Part shown: in pieces, positions 63,365 to 64,000 of the stretch
How positions within the stretch are numbered: position 1 is the first letter of the stretch
Layout of the letters: each line of letters opens with the position of its first letter
Assembly: GCA_965207375.1 (NCBI GenBank)
Contig: OZ242274.1
Span: 1,344,001 to 1,408,000 of the forward strand
Direction: 5' to 3'
DNA: 64,000 nucleotides
Origin: Nitrosopumilaceae archaeon
GTDB taxonomy: Archaea; Thermoproteota; Nitrososphaeria; Nitrososphaerales; Nitrosopumilaceae
Made by a program: the position numbers and the translations under genes
The notes under the pieces: model-generated
Databases searched by the model: none
Seen by the model: only the letters and a program-made list of their open reading frames with translations
What the model was told of the DNA's origin: nothing

Positions 63365-63438
63365 GGGCCTGTGGTTCAGCTTGGTAGAACGATTGCCTGA
63401 AAGCCAATAGGTCACGGGTTCAAATCCCGTCAGGTCCA
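63365..63438 (+). tRNA. Atypical tRNA copy 2: Ala-type acceptor (G3:U70, A73) with GAA anticodon
   Basis: GGGCCTG TG GTTC AGCTTGGTA GAAC G ATTGC CTGAAAG CCAAT AGGTC ACGGG TTCAAAT CCCGT CAGGTCC A. The only mismatch is C31:C39. Confidence 0.85.
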
Positions 63439-63540
63439 CATTTTACTTTCCGTACAAATTCCTTGATCGACTTGAGATAGAGTTTGTACCTGATTTTGTA
63501 CTGATTTGCCCCCTTTTATACAAAATAATTCTATGTCACC

Positions 63541-63876
63541 ATGATATTAATCGCAATTGTAGCCGTTGTCATAATCTTTCTTGCCATTGGTACTGCCATG
63601 AACTATTACTCACACAGAGATGATGTTTCACAAAAACAAGAGGTCTCAAATATTATCCAAAACGACCGAATAAAGGAACAACTTACTGTATCTAGAAACG
63701 ACTCACATCTGTTTGTTGCAAACCAGTGGGGTGGAGAGTCGTCCACACTACAGGCAATAGGTATCACATGTGATGATGGGCGTGTCTTTACAACACAGCT
63801 AAAGATAAACATAACATCACTACACATCGCCAACCAGTCAAAGGTATTTGAGGAACTGAACGCCAAATGTGGCTAG
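63541..63876 (+). CDS. Membrane-anchored hypothetical protein (pilin-associated-like)
   Basis: N-terminal hydrophobic helix; element-type promoter 27 nt upstream. Confidence 0.6.
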   Translation: MILIAIVAVVIIFLAIGTAMNYYSHRDDVSQKQEVSNIIQNDRIKEQLTVSRNDSHLFVANQWGGESSTLQAIGITCDDGRVFTTQLKINITSLHIANQSKVFEELNAKCG

Positions 63877-64000
63877 TGATTTTACTGCTTTGTGTACTAT
63901 GTGTGCCAGCAGCATGGGCCCAGTCAGAGGAAATAATACGTCACGGTGACCAAACTGCATTTACACTACACATACCAGATATCATGATTGCAGGTGACAT
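63876..64000 (+). CDS. Secreted protein, partial (runs off the window)
   Basis: GTG start overlapping the previous stop; MILLLCVLCVPAAWA signal-like peptide. Confidence 0.45.
   Translation, partial: MILLLCVLCVPAAWAQSEEIIRHGDQTAFTLHIPDIMIAGD

Noticed and set aside
63365-63438. Ordinary host tRNA-Phe
   Set aside because: The acceptor is Ala-type (GGG start, G3:U70), there is a 31:39 mismatch, and it occurs in two island-borne copies with antisense partners.

Overview
AT-rich archaeal DNA, most likely Nitrososphaerota/Nitrosopumilaceae (Nitrosopumilus-type S-layer protein, thaumarchaeal-type integrases and IS elements, leaderless TATA promoters). The window looks like the interior of a large, decaying integrative conjugative element or genomic island. 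It contains dispersed transfer genes (VirB11-like, VirB4-like, VirB6-like, pilin-like, PrgI-like), a highly divergent TBP-like gene, two IS66 elements, one IS5-like and one IS6-like element, three MITE families, two restriction-modification pairs with dead endonucleases, DprA+PRTase, two HicBA loci, large surface proteins and a truncated S-layer copy. The most striking signal is non-coding. Two homologous ~156-bp cassettes (11323-11478 and 63283-63438) each encode an atypical tRNA with an Ala-type acceptor (G3:U70, A73) but a GAA (Phe) anticodon. Each is back-to-back with a ~48-nt hairpin/poly-U small RNA whose 5' end is antisense to the anticodon arm of its own tRNA and co-varies with it, making this a candidate RNA-only toxin-antitoxin based on a mistranslating tRNA. 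A second candidate system is an element-specific promoter found before nine genes, paired with the element-encoded divergent TBP. All product calls come from motif recognition by eye, not from database searches.
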